Shown here: piece by piece, positions 33,922 through 47,868 of the stretch | Position numbering within the stretch: position 1 is the stretch's first letter | How the letters are laid out: every line of letters begins with the position of its first letter | NCBI RefSeq assembly: GCF_026210795.1 | Contig: NC_089436.1 | Coordinates: 2,418,001 to 2,482,000, forward strand | Reading direction: 5' to 3' | DNA from: Rhizophagus irregularis | Taxonomy: Eukaryota | DNA length: 64,000 nucleotides | The notes under the pieces: model-generated | The model's input: only the letters and a program-made list of their open reading frames with translations | Database searches by the model: none | What the model was told of the DNA's origin: nothing | Translations under genes and position numbers: made by a program

Positions 33922-36235
33922 ATGTCTTATAAACTTCATAGTAAAAATTCATTACCCAATATACGTACTAAAAAATCTATCGTTAATATTAAACCTATTA
34001 TAACAACTAATAGTACTAATAGTAGTAAATCGTTACCAGCAGAATGTTTACAACATATATTCGCACATTTATCTTATTCTAAATCATCTTTACATTCATG
34101 TTTGTTGGTTAATAGATTATGGTGTGTTAACGTGGTAAAAGTTTTATGGTCTCAACCATTTCATTTATTAAATATTTGTCCTTCTTCTACTTCTCCTTTC
34201 GGTGTTCAAGGTCAATGTAATAGAACTACAAAAGATACTTATATTCAATGTGCCGCTTTAATAAATGTTTACCTTTCTTTCCTTGACCGTGATGAAAAAT
34301 CTAATTTATTAAATAATAGAATCAAATTAAATTCTTCTAAAATTAAGGATAAGGATAATTCTAATCAATACTTTTTGGAAAATCCTACTTTTAATTATAT
34401 CGAATTTTTAAGATATTTGGATTTGGAAGAATTATTCATTACAGTTGGAGCTTGGAAACAATTTACAATATTTAATAATAATAATAATAATACTTTTTCA
34501 AATTATTCTAATGGTAAATTTACTCAAAAAGCTTCTTTTAAGAAAACTTTGAAAAAGGCCGTAAATACTCTCACAAAAAAATCTTCTTTAATGTTAAGAA
34601 AAAAATCTTCTTTTAGTAATTTATCTTCTTCTTCTTCTTCTACTTCTTCCTCTTTTTCTAATAATTCTCGTGGTAGAATTAGTGTTGATGGTTTTCCTGT
34701 TGCCGTTGATAGAGTGGTATCATATTCTTTGGCTAAATTAATTATGAGTAAATGTAAACAATTAAAATCTCTTTCAATTGATACAAGATTATCTTCTTAT
34801 CCTTGTCATTGTTTAGTACCTATTAATGATACTTCTAATAATACTAATACAAATATTACTGATAATAATCATAATAATTTAAGACAGAATGTTCCCGAAG
34901 AACATTTATTAATAGCTACTTATTCTGGTGCAAATAAATGTTTACCTCCTTTAACGGAATTCATTTGTACAACAAGAGGAACAAAATGGAGATTATTTCA
35001 CGCTTTGGCTGGAACTTGTAAACATTTAAAGAAAATTGTTGTTGATATGGGTGGTTATACTGCTTGGTCAAATAATAATAATAATAATAATAATAACAAT
35101 AATAATAATGGTAGTATTAATGGTAATGTTAGTAATGCTCCATCTTCAACAAATCAATCTCAACGATCCACTGGTATCATTACTTTATTAACTCTTGTAC
35201 CTTATACTGAACCACAAATGCAAGAATTAGAATGGGAAGCTAAAAATTTGGCAACTCTTCTTCAATCACAAAATTCTTTGGAATCTTTTACTTTATTACG
35301 TGGTGAAATTGGTTTATTAACAATATTAGGAGCTTTAAAATCTCAAGTAAATACTCTTAAACATTTAGAATTTGTTCAATTAAATACAAAATATGCTCAA
35401 TGGGGTGCTTTTTATAATATATTAGAATATATTAAATTGAAAGAATTAGTATTTAGAGAATGTGAATTAAGTGATGATTTAATGAGACCTTTAATAACTC
35501 CTACTAATTCAAAGAGAGATTTATTTAAAAGTATTGAAGTATTGAATTTTGAAAAATCGATCGTTTCAAATGATTCTATTGAAAAATTAATTATTGAAAC
35601 TGGTCCTAACTTAAAAAAATTGATTTTGGGTAATAATTTATCAAATGTTTCATCAAAATCTTTTACAACAACTGATACAATTTCATTGATTGAAATTGTT
35701 GGTCAACATTGTCCAAATTTAACACATTTTACCACTTTTGTTGATACAAATGATGTTCCACAATTAATTACTTTATTTACTTTATGTCCTTTATTACGAT
35801 CGATCGAATTATCAAGAAATATTTCTCCTCAAGATGAATCATTAGAAGATGCTGTTAATCATACTGCAGATATAACATATTTACTTGAACAAATTACTTC
35901 ACAAAATTTATTAAGTAATTTAAATCGTTTGATCTTATCTGTTCCTTGGTCTTTTACATCAACTTCATTGGAAAATTATTTACTTTATGTTAGACCACCA
36001 TTAAATTATTTGGAAGTAAGACAATCTTATTCTTTTAATTCCGATCATTTGGAAATTTTAGTCAAATACGCCAAAGAAAGACAACGATTAAAAAGAGTTT
36101 ACATTGAAACTTTAAATGAATTATCTGAAGAAGTATTGGCTGAATCTGAAGCAACCTTTGAATTATTTGAATATCAGAGAATAAGGAGCGGTTCACATTA
36201 TTATATACCAGGTTATGGTTTATTATCCGATAATT

Positions 36236-36240
<5 letters not shown>
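33922..36240 (+). CDS. F-box domain / leucine-rich-repeat (RNI-like) protein, intact single exon, 772 aa
   Basis: LPAECLQHIFAHL...LHSCLLVNRLWC...LWSQPF (F-box), PTFNYIEFLRYLD, repeated LxxLxL units, HCPNLTHF; poly-Asn and Ser tracts; no interruptions. Confidence 0.88.
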
Positions 36241-36271
<31 letters not shown>

Positions 36272-38530
36272 ATTTGAATGTGTGCTGTGCATACACAAAT
36301 AATAATATTTTTTTTTAAAAAAAAAATGTATAAATAGAAAGAAATTTCGTTAGTTTTCATTATGTAAAAAAAAAAACATTTGTAATTATTATATACATGT
36401 AATTTTTTTAATATTTTTTTTTCTTTTTGTTTTTGTAATTTATAAAAAAACCAAGCTTAAAAGATATTTATCATGTAATTTCAAACTTTAATTCCGTTTA
36501 ATAATATATTCCTTTCACTTTTTTTTTTCGCGAATTTAATCCTTTTCTCGTACGTGATGAAGTGACGTATTATGATACTGTATGCTTGTATATTTGTATA
36601 TTGATTATTACATATCGCATGAAATGCATGAAATTCATATGTAGAGAGGCGCAAGCAAGTAATATATGCAATATGCAGATTTTAAAATGTGTGCATAATT
36701 TCCCACATCAATTTACTAAATTTAAAGAATTTCAAAAAAATTTACTAAATTTCGGAAGTCAACTGATTTTGATCACATGTACGATAAATAAATGCAAAGG
36801 TGATTCCTTTTGATTTTAATAACTGCTTAAACGCACGGTTCTTTTAATGGTTTAACGAATCAGAAATTTTTATTCATTTTACATTGTGATCATTCGGGAG
36901 TTCCCGAATAATATAATTTATTTTGTTTATTAAATCATCTTTTTGTAATACATTTATTCTATGTTGTGTTTAATAAAATTGACATATTTATAAAAAAAAA
37001 TTAGGGAGAGAAAAGATTTACTATAGTTGAATTGCGTCCGCGATTAATTTTAATTATTAGGTTTTTATTATAAAAAGAAATAAGTTAATCTTCACAAAAC
37101 AAACAAGCATTTCAACTCATTCTTTGAATCAAAATTTTTTGCATTATTTATTATACATATTTAGTATTAAACATTGACAATCTGGTCGTATAAATAAAAT
37201 TAATAAAATCTGTGCCAAGATAAATAAGTAATGTGGTTAGCCTCTAAAAGTTATAATTAAAAGTTAGGAGTTTCTTCGCTTGTAGCGGATATGCATACTT
37301 CGCTCGATAACGCATATTAAGTGCATGCTGCGCTACATTAGAGATATTAAATAATTAAACTACGCCATTCTTATGATATTTCTTATACATATGTAACATT
37401 TAAAAATGATGATCAATCTTTGAACGATTATAAAGAAACATTTTTTAAAGTTTGACCAATATTAACAAAGATTATTTTTATGTTAATAAATACTTTTTGA
37501 TTTAGAAATATGGCGCGAAAATTTAATACAATTAAATTATTATTATTATTTATTTATAATAAACCTTTCTCTCTCTCATAATGGAAATTTAACTGGAAAG
37601 AACCGGGATAACATTTCTATAATAAGGCAATAAGGTAGAATATTTTATTTTTTTATCCTAAATTGTCTAAATTGTCGCTTTTAAAGTTTATTAAATATTT
37701 ATATTTTGATACTTTCTTTTTTCTCTTTTTTTTGTTATTGTTTTTCAGATATTTAAGCATCTTTTGTGTTTAAATGTTTGTAATTTTATCTTTAGGTTTG
37801 ACCAATTAACAAATTCCTGTAGATATACTTTTTTTAGTATTGAAAACCCATATATCAAGTAATATTCACACATCCGGATATAAAAATTCATAAGGTCAGG
37901 TGGGATGTAGTAAAAGAGATTATTTTTTATGTAATGTAATAAAGAGATTATTTGTATTATTAATTTGTCTATAAAAAAAATTCCTTATAACCGAAGAGAA
38001 TTATTCCCTTTTTGGCTTCTCCGATTATAATATTATTGGTTATTTTATTTTCTTTGTACAAAAAAAAAAATTGTGAAAAATTTTTCTTTGTTTACTTTAT
38101 CAAAAAAAAAAAAAAATGATTAGTTTCATAGTTTCATATTGTGTTTTATCCCATTTTTAACTAATAAGAAAGTTTTAGATCAAGTGAATATACAGAACAT
38201 ATGAAACCTTCCATAGCGGATTTTTATTTAATAAAATTAGTAAAAGATTTAAGATTTGTGATTTCATTTTTTTTTTTTATAGTATTAAAAAGTAATACGA
38301 TATACAGTATATTTATTAGAAGATATTCTTAATAAATCGCTTGTTTAAGATACAATTTATAATTCTGGTCAAAATTATTTCTTTTTTTTCCACGATTAAG
38401 TGATCTGCCAAATTTATCATATGATTTAAATTGCCATATCTGATATTTCTGATATTACAATAATTTATATCATATATATAAAAGTTTGTTATATATTTAT
38501 TATCACCATTGGTATTTAGGATTTTCAGTT

Positions 38531-38561
38531 TCCGCCAGTCATAAACTGGCGGACCAATTAG
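38531..38561 (+). mobile_element. Possible Helitron-type 3' end
   Basis: 9-bp GC-rich stem TCCGCCAGT-CATAA-ACTGGCGGA followed by CCAATTAG|T (one change from CTAG|T); 5' end not identified. Confidence 0.4.
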
Positions 38562-38776
38562 TATATCCAGGATGATAAGATCCTAGTTTAGTATATAAAT
38601 GGGTCATCTGCCCGTCATCATCCATATACTTACTACTAGATTAGTATATAACTAATACTTATTAAATAAAGAGTTCTCATACTAGTATTTTTTCTGAATT
38701 TTAAGAATAGCTTTGTAAATTATAAAACGTATTAATATATTAATACATCTTTAGTCTAGATTTTAATGTTCTAGAA

Positions 38777-38892
38777 TTATAATCTAATTGGATACATATT
38801 AATCAACTATCCTGTGATGTTATAATCTAATTGGGTACATATTACTGATATTAGTCAATTATATCAATTATAATCTAATTGGTACATATTAT
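38777..38892. repeat. Three copies of a ~23-bp motif
   Basis: TTATAATCTAATTGG(R)TACATATTA at ~38777, ~38820 and ~38868. Confidence 0.8.
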
Positions 38893-40004
38893 CACTTGAT
38901 GTGTTAGAGTATTGTAATTTATTTTAATCTATCAGATTGTAAATGTGTCTGTATAGACTATTATGTGCCAGGTGTTAGCGACCTTTTTGTTGCTAAGGAA
39001 CTATCCATGTGTTATTCACTTATTTTACTTCTGCAGCTTTTTTTATTGCTTATTTATAGTCCGCCTATCGGCCTAACCCTGCACCCTTTTTATTGCTAAG
39101 AAGTTACTCATGCATCGGCGCCTTTTATTTTTCGTCGCAGAAAATTCATGTCGGTCGGCGCAATAAAATCTGCAGTGCATTTTCGGTTTCATGGTAGTTC
39201 CAAATGTCGGATGTCAGTAACAGCGGTTAATTTTGGTCAACTCTGTTATAATTCTAGCTTATATTTAGAATGTAATATCTCGCCTTCCAGTGATTGGATT
39301 CGTGCAGTTCTCAGCTTGTTAGAAAGAGCGCGATGAGAGCATTCCAATGATGTTAAAATCGTATGAATCGGATGCCCGGATGATGAGTTATTGCGTCCTA
39401 AAGTTCTGTCAGAAATTATGGAATAGCCAACATTAACTCTAATTTCCATTTGTCCCAGCATCGATATTCAGGATAGAATAAAATGAGTATTGACCTTAGT
39501 AAAACACACCAAAAGTTTATGTTCTCTGCCAATAAGATCCCCTGAAATTTCTGAACGAAAAATGGATATTAGTTTGCAAGCTCTGAAGTCGCCTTTTTGC
39601 GAATGCACAGCCACAACTTACCTTACTTGTGTAATGTCTTGTACGGAAGTACGGAACATTGCAAGGAAATATTTTGATCGGCACTCTCATGTGACATCGT
39701 ATCATGTGACTGATTTTTTTTTTGATTGATAAAAATTTTTCGTTAAGAAAAAGGTCAAAGTTTGAATTACTGACAGTTAGTTTATGGAAATATAAATATG
39801 TGACATATAACCAAAATGTCTCGTCAAACTATCTTTCGCCATCCTAGGTACAAACTCTTTCGCCAACCAAAGAACAGACGAAAATCGAAGAAAGGTCTCT
39901 ACCCGCTAGCCTAACGTATCCAAAAAGGTCTTCATTTGTATTTTACTGAAAAACTTTTTTTTGTACCATGTTTTTAACTCTTGTTTTTCGTGTTTGCAGA
40001 TAAT

Positions 40005-41480
40005 AGTGTCAGAATGTGTTTTTATTTTTTGTTGTTCTAACTAAACCTCTTTGTGAATCGTCTGCGATTCACATTACTAAAGAGAATAACGCTATGGTGA
40101 TAAAACATTCCGTGAAGACGAACTCACCGTTTTTGAACTCAAGAAATTGATATGAAAAGAGTTAAACGGGAATGATGAAAGGTTCAATTAAGGCTAATCG
40201 ATGAACGCTATGGAAGGTTATCGAAGGAGGCGAGAAGTGGAAGGCACTAGAAAATATTGAAGATAATAATAATACTGGAATTTACATTAATGAGTTCAAA
40301 GGTATTTAATCGAAAGCGTTACGGCTATTTGCGTGACTTTATACTCAATGGTATCAATGCTAATAAATTGAACCGATCTTGCATCACTGGAAACCCAGGT
40401 ATTGGCAAATCATACTTCGGAATTCTAATGTTAGTGGAGCTTATTAAACGGAACAAGTCAGTTCTGATCGATTATGAAGGGTTCGCGACACGTATTTCTC
40501 CTAATGGTGATCTACTTAAGGTAGAAAATAATGATAGACATATAGACACTACAGTATATAGACAAATTGCAGAAAAAAAGGACGTATGGTGTATCATTGA
40601 TAGTGTAATGCCCAAATTTAATCATGATTTAATTGGAAAGTTTATTATGGCCTAAGAAGCAATTCATTGAAAGATTTACCAAAGCACAAAAGAGCGAAAT
40701 ATTTTACATGCCACCTACCTTGGGAAATTGGATCTATATAAAGAATTTAATTATAATTCCATCAAGGAAAAGTTTGATTTAGTATGGAGGGGTTGCAAGA
40801 TGGATTTTTTATATTGAGATGACACCAGATAAAATTAAATTGAGGATTGAAGGCGCACAGGCTTAAAAAGTTTGCTCAGAGTTCAGGGCGAACACTTCTT
40901 AGGTGATGGCTTCTCTCATAAATTAATTCACATAAAACAAATGAGGATACGGAGATAATTCATACACCAAAGCAATCTGCACCTTTACATCTAATTTCGT
41001 GGAAAAATATGTGCTTAGAGAAATTTCAAAAAGATCACATTGAAGATTTACACAGTTTTATTGAGTATTCAAGGGACTTGCGGGGATGGCAGTTCTTTGT
41101 GGGAAGATGTTTGAAATGTAGTCACATGCAAAAGAGGGGAATTTTTGGTACGCTATCTTGGACAGCAATCTAATGAAGCGAATGTGATATTGAAGAACTA
41201 GTAAAGAAGAGGTTCAAGAATATTGACATTAGCGAAGGAATTTACTATCAGCCAGTTGCCAAAAATTATCAAAGTATAGATAGTTATATTCATCCTAATA
41301 AACTATTTCGAATCACTATTGCCGACAGACATGGGATCAAGCAAGAAAAGTTAAAGGAAGTTAAGGATATCTTGGATCAAAGGAATGAAATTCGCTTATA
41401 TTTTTTATATGAAAGTTTTAAAACATACAGAAAACAGAAATACTTAGATGGAACTAAGAAGCAGATAATGTTCTGATAAC
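40005..41480 (+). pseudogene. Crinkler (CRN)-type gene: N-terminal header, P-loop NTPase, restriction-endonuclease-like C-terminus; heavily frameshifted
   Basis: LTVFELKKLI*K...IKANR*TLWKV (CRN header); ITGNPGIGKS (Walker A), WCIIDS (Walker B), FYMPP; GKMFEM, YYQPVAKNYQSIDSYIHPNKLFRITIADRHGIK...IRLYF. Confidence 0.8.
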
Positions 41481-42859
41481 ATAAAGCAATAACGCATTAT
41501 GCATTAAATATAATAAGTTTTAACTTCTTTATTGTTATTGTATTATACTGATGACTTAATAAACAAACCATTGAAAATTTCTCAAGCGAAAAATTATTGT
41601 GTACAGTTATTGATTTCGTTGATTATATAACGGAGTAGTCATTTAAAGGGAAGAATTTCTCGAGCTTCTTTCCCACTACTCTATACTATTCACTATATGA
41701 AACCATATGTTCTGGTGTTTATCTATATCACTCCAACTAAAATAAATCATGTGAAAGATGTTGATTATAATCGATTTCCACCAACATACTCCGACATGCA
41801 ATTCATCTAACAATACTTCTTACCTTTATACAGTATTTCATTTCATACCATTCCACTCTGTCTTGTTGTGATTCTTTCTTAAGTTCCATAATTTTTGAAT
41901 TTGTCCTATTTTTTTTTCTATACTACACTAAGGCATGTAACAACAAAATTAGCACTGCACCAATTTGCATGATTATTTTCTCAATATGTCCGAAATTTAT
42001 GGACAATATTTTCAATTAGCGTATATGGAAGGGATCAATGCATAATCAGACTGATAATGGATTGCTCAATTTTTTATTTTACTTATACAAGGCGGATAAA
42101 AGTAATCGCTAACTAGGCCTCATTTTTTATTGGCCCAAGAATCGAATTTGGAATAGGAATTACGTTAACTTGATCACGAAAATCTGATCAATGGAACTGC
42201 TCAAGATAAAAAAACTTTGACGTTACAAAATCAATAAGGAGTGTTGACTGGGTAATAACAAAAGTTCAAAGTGGTATTGGAGATAGGAATGATAATGGTG
42301 ATGGGAAGATCAAAGTTTTTTTGTATTCGCTTACGCCTACACCTCTACCTATCAACTACCCATCATTATCCCGTGATGACCTAGTCGGGCCTATCAAGAA
42401 ATTATTTGGGCAAATCAAGTTCAGCAGAAATCATCATTGGTTGATGGAAAGCGAGTAAAAATAGATAATTAGGATAGACATGTGTCTTGAGTTAACACTT
42501 CAGAAATCAGGATATTAGCATAGAAAATTTGTCATATATTACGAGCAAAGTCCCGATTATTATCATTTAACACATTCAATATTTGTCTAGAAAATAATAA
42601 TCGTTAATACGTTTTTCAATTGCAAAGTTCTCATGATTTTAATTACATCGCTAAATTTGGCTGCAAAGTTTGGCACATCACGAATATATAGGCGTGAATT
42701 GGTTAAAAATCTTAAAATGATATATAAACTAATATTACAGAAATTTTAGCGTAGATATTTAAATGGAATATTTATGTGAGAATTGGCTAATTTATTTCAA
42801 CATTTATAAAATATGTAGCAAAAAAAATATCATTAGGTAACTCATTTTTTATGAAGAAG

Positions 42860-44040
42860 CTTCCTTCCACTACTCAAATTTTATTCTGTATACTTGGTAT
42901 ACCATCATAGTCTACATCATCAAGATTATCAGTACTATCTCCAGAATTATCAGAATCTGACGTTATACTACGAGCATTTTGTATTACCTTTTTCTCTATG
43001 ATTCGGTCAAGATGTCTAGCATATGTTTCAGGGATCTGATTTTAAAGTTGTTATCTGATACATGTGGAAGTTTCCATCCACTATAGCTTTCCGGAAATGA
43101 TTACTTTATATCCTTGTTTTTGTACCAAATCAATATATAGTTCAACAACATTTTTTAGATACTGTAATAAACACCCTATTCCTAATTTTCTGGTCCATAA
43201 TATGTTCAATTCGTCATGTAAATATATGTAACGTTTAACGTCACCATTCAGCTGAAGTTGGTATCTTCATTATAAGTTCATCTTTCAAACATTCATCTGT
43301 GAAACGTTCATAGTTATTATCATCAACAAACCTTCTGATAATATTTTTCCACGAAAGTATGGCTGATCATCTATGATAATAGAGCTAGAGAATAGGGGTT
43401 TGTACTTTGTCTTACGCGCACATACTATAATTTCTTTCGTAAACCCAGCATAAGATCCCACTTTCTTGATATGTCTTAAAAATTTTGGATGAAACATAGG
43501 AACTTCTTTGAATTTGAATTCATTATAATACTTGTTACAAAGACCGGATATTCAGTTTAGATTTTTTTTTAATGTATCTATATTATTAGCATCGATTGAA
43601 GTATAACCCATGAAAGAAATAACATCATCATACTTCTTCTTGACCCCTCTTTATATCATTCTTAAGTTTTTCAAGTCGAAATTCAAACTTAGTCAAACAG
43701 TATGTAATTATTTTCCAAGTGGGTCGTGATTCTGCTGATATATGCAAGATCGTTCTGAAGCCAAGCAAAGTTCTTAGAAAGGTAAGCTATACAGCCATCG
43801 GGTGTAAATTCCAACTATACTGCAACTATCTCATGTTCTCTTGCAAGTATTGTTGCTAAATTGCAGGAAAATTTATCTTCATCCCTGCCAGTGTCTTTGT
43901 CTCAATAACAAAATTGATACCCTCAGCAACGCACTCTTTACTATACAATTTTTTTCTCTAGCTCTTTCACCTTCTCGATACTCTTGGCAATGTATTTTTC
44001 ACTATGCAATTCTTTCTCTTGATCTTTCATTTGCTTATTT
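42860..44040 (-). pseudogene. Degraded coding-like region of unknown family
   Basis: Broken protein-like frames on the minus strand (MFHPKFLRHIKKVGSYAGFTKE..., NQIPETYARHLDRIIEKK...DSDNSGDSTDNLDD); no motif recognised. Confidence 0.3.
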
Positions 44041-45097
44041 TTAGCAACTGAGGCAATGCAGTATTTCCGTTCACCACTACAATAAGTAGTAGACAGGTCG
44101 GTAAATTAAGTATGATTGGACGTTAATCATACATAGTCTTTTGCATTGTATGTATATCAACCGAATCTTTTTTGATTCACTGTATTTTGTCTATTTTTCA
44201 CGTCTATGCATAATATAAATAATGATTATATAGTATACGTATTAGTTTATAACAAGTGATGTTTTATACGGTGAAGTGTAGTAGCAGATGTATTGTTCTT
44301 GACTTATGTGACGGGTTTAACTTGATGCATAATATATTTTACTGTACAATAAGTGAGGTCCACTGGGAAGATCAAATCTGATACTTTTGTAATATTGTAA
44401 GTAACATTACAATTTTGATTGTTTCCGGAATAATATAATTCACACATTGTCCTTTCTTTTTTTTTCAGATTGTATAATACTATTATTGAGGTTAACATTT
44501 TCATTACTTTTGATACCATTTTATTTTATCCAGGATATCATCAAATCAGAGTTAATGTTGGGAAATTGTACTAGTAAAATAGTTTAGACAAGAATGTAGA
44601 CCACAGGTATTAAAAATCCTATCAATCAAATTTACATAGACGCTCGAAGTGTTGATTTTGACCAATAGTGTGTCCAATAAATCTGAAGCTTTGAATCAAT
44701 CACGTGGAAGTGATGCTCTTCATCTGGAAATTCTACCAGTCAGTAATTCTAGTTCATCAACCAATTTATCTCTTAATGAAAAAAGAAGCCATTTTAGACA
44801 AGTTTTTAATTCAAATAAAGGAGGAAGGGATAGTTTGGATTATGTGTTTGAAACTGTTAGACGTGAAATTTGTCAACTTACTGGGAAAAAGTTGGAAAAG
44901 AAACTGTGAAAAACTTTTATTATAATGAAAGATTAGAATAGTAACATTAATTATGAAATGGGTAGATAGCAAAACTAGTAATAGTATTAATAATATTAAT
45001 AATAGTAATAATAGTAATAAGTACTAGTAACAATTTAGTCAATATAGTCAATAATGCAGAGTAGTAGGGAAGGAACTGTCAATATATAGGTTAGAGC

Positions 45098-45979
45098 TTG
45101 GCAAATTCCTCCTTTGAAACAACCTGCTACAGTCACATTCTATTCATTTCAGAGAATATTAAATATAATTCAATACATCCATCAGTCCTCAAGTCCTATG
45201 TATATCTAATCAAATTAGCTAAGAATAATACTTATTCTTCTAATCCTAGAATCATTGAAAAACCTGATGACTCTTTATATCCTTTTCGAAAACCTAAACA
45301 TGATAATTGTGATGATGGTGATCTTAATTCAAGTCATAATCCTTCTAAAAAAAGAAACAATCATTCTTCAAACAATCATTCCAATCTTTCAAATGGTTAT
45401 CTTCTGAGCAATCATATTCAAATATATCAAAAAAATGAAAGCAAAGAAAACAAAGCATAGAAGTACAAAGATTCAACTATCAAGATTTTAAGTATAATAG
45501 ATTATTAAGTGCTGGAGAAAATAATAAGAAGGTACTTGAGTGTGAATTCTGTGGAAAAACAATTGCCTTAAAAAGTATTGATTTAACAAAAAAATCTAAA
45601 TGTCTGGATGAATTTCTGAATGAAGTTAAAATTTATAAAGTTCTTGCTAAACTTCAGGGTATATATATTCCTAAATTATTATTTTATAGTGATTTGGCAA
45701 ATGGAATGAGCTTTGTTATGGGAATGACAATTGTTGGTACTTTATTGAATCATCATAGGATAGATAAATGGCTAAAAAATAAAGTCATTATGACATTAAA
45801 AAAAGTTCATGAGTATAATATTCTTCATAATGATATTCATAAAGAAAACATTTTGATTGATGAAAAAGGATATGTGTATTTGCTTGATTGATTTTGGATT
45901 TTCAATTCAAACTTATGATGAGAATATGTTTCGTGAAGAGAAAGCTCAATTGGAACGTTTACTTGAATATATGATGTAA
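45098..45979 (+). pseudogene. Protein kinase-like gene remnant (compact atypical kinase fold)
   Basis: IALKSID, FLNEVKIYKVLAKLQGIYIPKL, ILHNDIHKENILID. Removing a 4-bp duplication at ~45885 restores LDFGFS. Ends ERLLEYMM*; disrupted near 45458. Confidence 0.82.
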
Positions 45980-47868
45980 CTTTTTATATATCATGCTTTA
46001 ATATTATTAATGATAAATTAATGCTTATTTGCTATATTATATAAAAAAAAAAATATAAGACGCATAGTATAGGTGATTGAGTTTTATAATAAATTCTTGT
46101 ATTACTATAAATGGTTAACTAAACTGAAATACCATCAACCGTTTACAGTATATATTGCTATTTTCTGTAAAAATTTATTTTATTAAATAAAGTATTACAC
46201 AAATTACATATAATGTCTGCATAGAAATATTCTTGAATTCACAAGTAAAATCATAAATGACTTTATATAATTGCAATATTTTTATACCTTTTATTTCTAG
46301 CTAAATCAAATTTAGTAAAGTATAATCTTACTAAATCAGCTATATAACCAATAAAATTATTGCGTATTATTCTATAATCCAATACAATCATAAATATAGT
46401 TTAAAATTCCTAAGATAGTAAAAGCAATAACTAATATTCCATTTAAAAAACTTTTTGAATATAACCCAAAATTCTTTTCCAAAAATAAATTTATTTATAT
46501 AATTAAAAAATTATATAAAGATAAAGAATTTATGTATAAAAAATGTTTGTCTGATAAATATTCGAAATGGGCAGGGTCGATTTTCTGAACTAATAATAAT
46601 AGAACTAATTCCTTATTTTTTAACTTGTGAATTTTCTTATAATACTATTACTAATTATATACTTCTTGTAATCCATCTTTTTTTATTTATATTCTTTTAT
46701 TTTACCAAAATAAAAGAAAAATGAAAAAGAAAAAAAAAACTGGTTAGTTGCTGTAAAGTGTAAAGAAAATAGACTTATGAAATTCTAAAAAGCCTGAAAA
46801 TTACCGTTTGTCTTATAATAAAAAAAAAATCTTTCAAAATACATAATACTTTTTAATAGAAATCAGAGTTATGAATTTCCAATTTGTTATACAGAAGACA
46901 TAACTACCTTTATTAAACTTCATCTTTTAGATATAAATAAAGTTACAAAATATAAATTACTTCAAGTTCAAATATTTTTCAAAGGTTTGTTTCATCTAAA
47001 TCTAATTAATAAAAAATTACTAAATGGTTTTTAGATATTAATAATTACAAAGTATTTTTATTATCTTATAAATTTTTTTTGTTAAAGGTTTATATTCATT
47101 ACATATATTTATAAGAATTTGTTTTTACTATTTAATGTTTTATATTCACGATGCAATGAAATATATTTAAGATTTGCATATATATTTAGATGGGTTTCTA
47201 GTAAAAATGCAAGAACATCAAAGACTATAACACTAAATTGATCAGTTTTTTTAAAAGATGAAATATCAAATAATTGATCAGCTAAGCTAGAAAAATGCTG
47301 AAATAACAAAACTTTGCCAAAACTATATGAAAGTTTTATTAAAAAGTTGACAAAATTCTGAAAAAAAGCAAAACTTGACAAAACTTATTATAAATGCTAA
47401 AACTGCCAAAATCTTGGCAAAACTATAATAAACTATAGTAAAATTTTAAAGAAATTAATCATAGGATTTTGGAGAGGTTTAGGCAAGCAACCTTAGCTTG
47501 AATCTCACATTTTCATACTATGGAGCTTACTTATCCATGTATCCATGGCTATAAATTCATAAAACATCGTACTGCTTCCCATTAACAACATCTCAATATG
47601 GATCAGTTAACTCTAATAAATGCGCACAGTCGAATTGAATAACCACGTGACTTTGTTACAACACGTCTAGTCTGGAACGTCATACGCGATACTACGGTAG
47701 GACGAGTAAATTCTTTTAATAGCTTACTGCTCTATCATCAAATCCTTCGATAATTGCATCAAGGACTGCAAGAATTGACCCTACAATATCTTGAAGAATC
47801 TCACATGCGGGCCAATTTCTGTCGATTGCTAGTGCTTTTCTTCTTATTCTGATTGGTTTTTTACAGAT

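Noticed and set aside
38969..39905. TIR element bounded by TAGCGACCTTTT / AAAGGTCTCTA around the 39.3-kb dyad module
   Set aside because: The match is short and imperfect with no TSD. Likely a repeat, but boundaries are unsupported, and the ORFs inside show no protein-like motifs.
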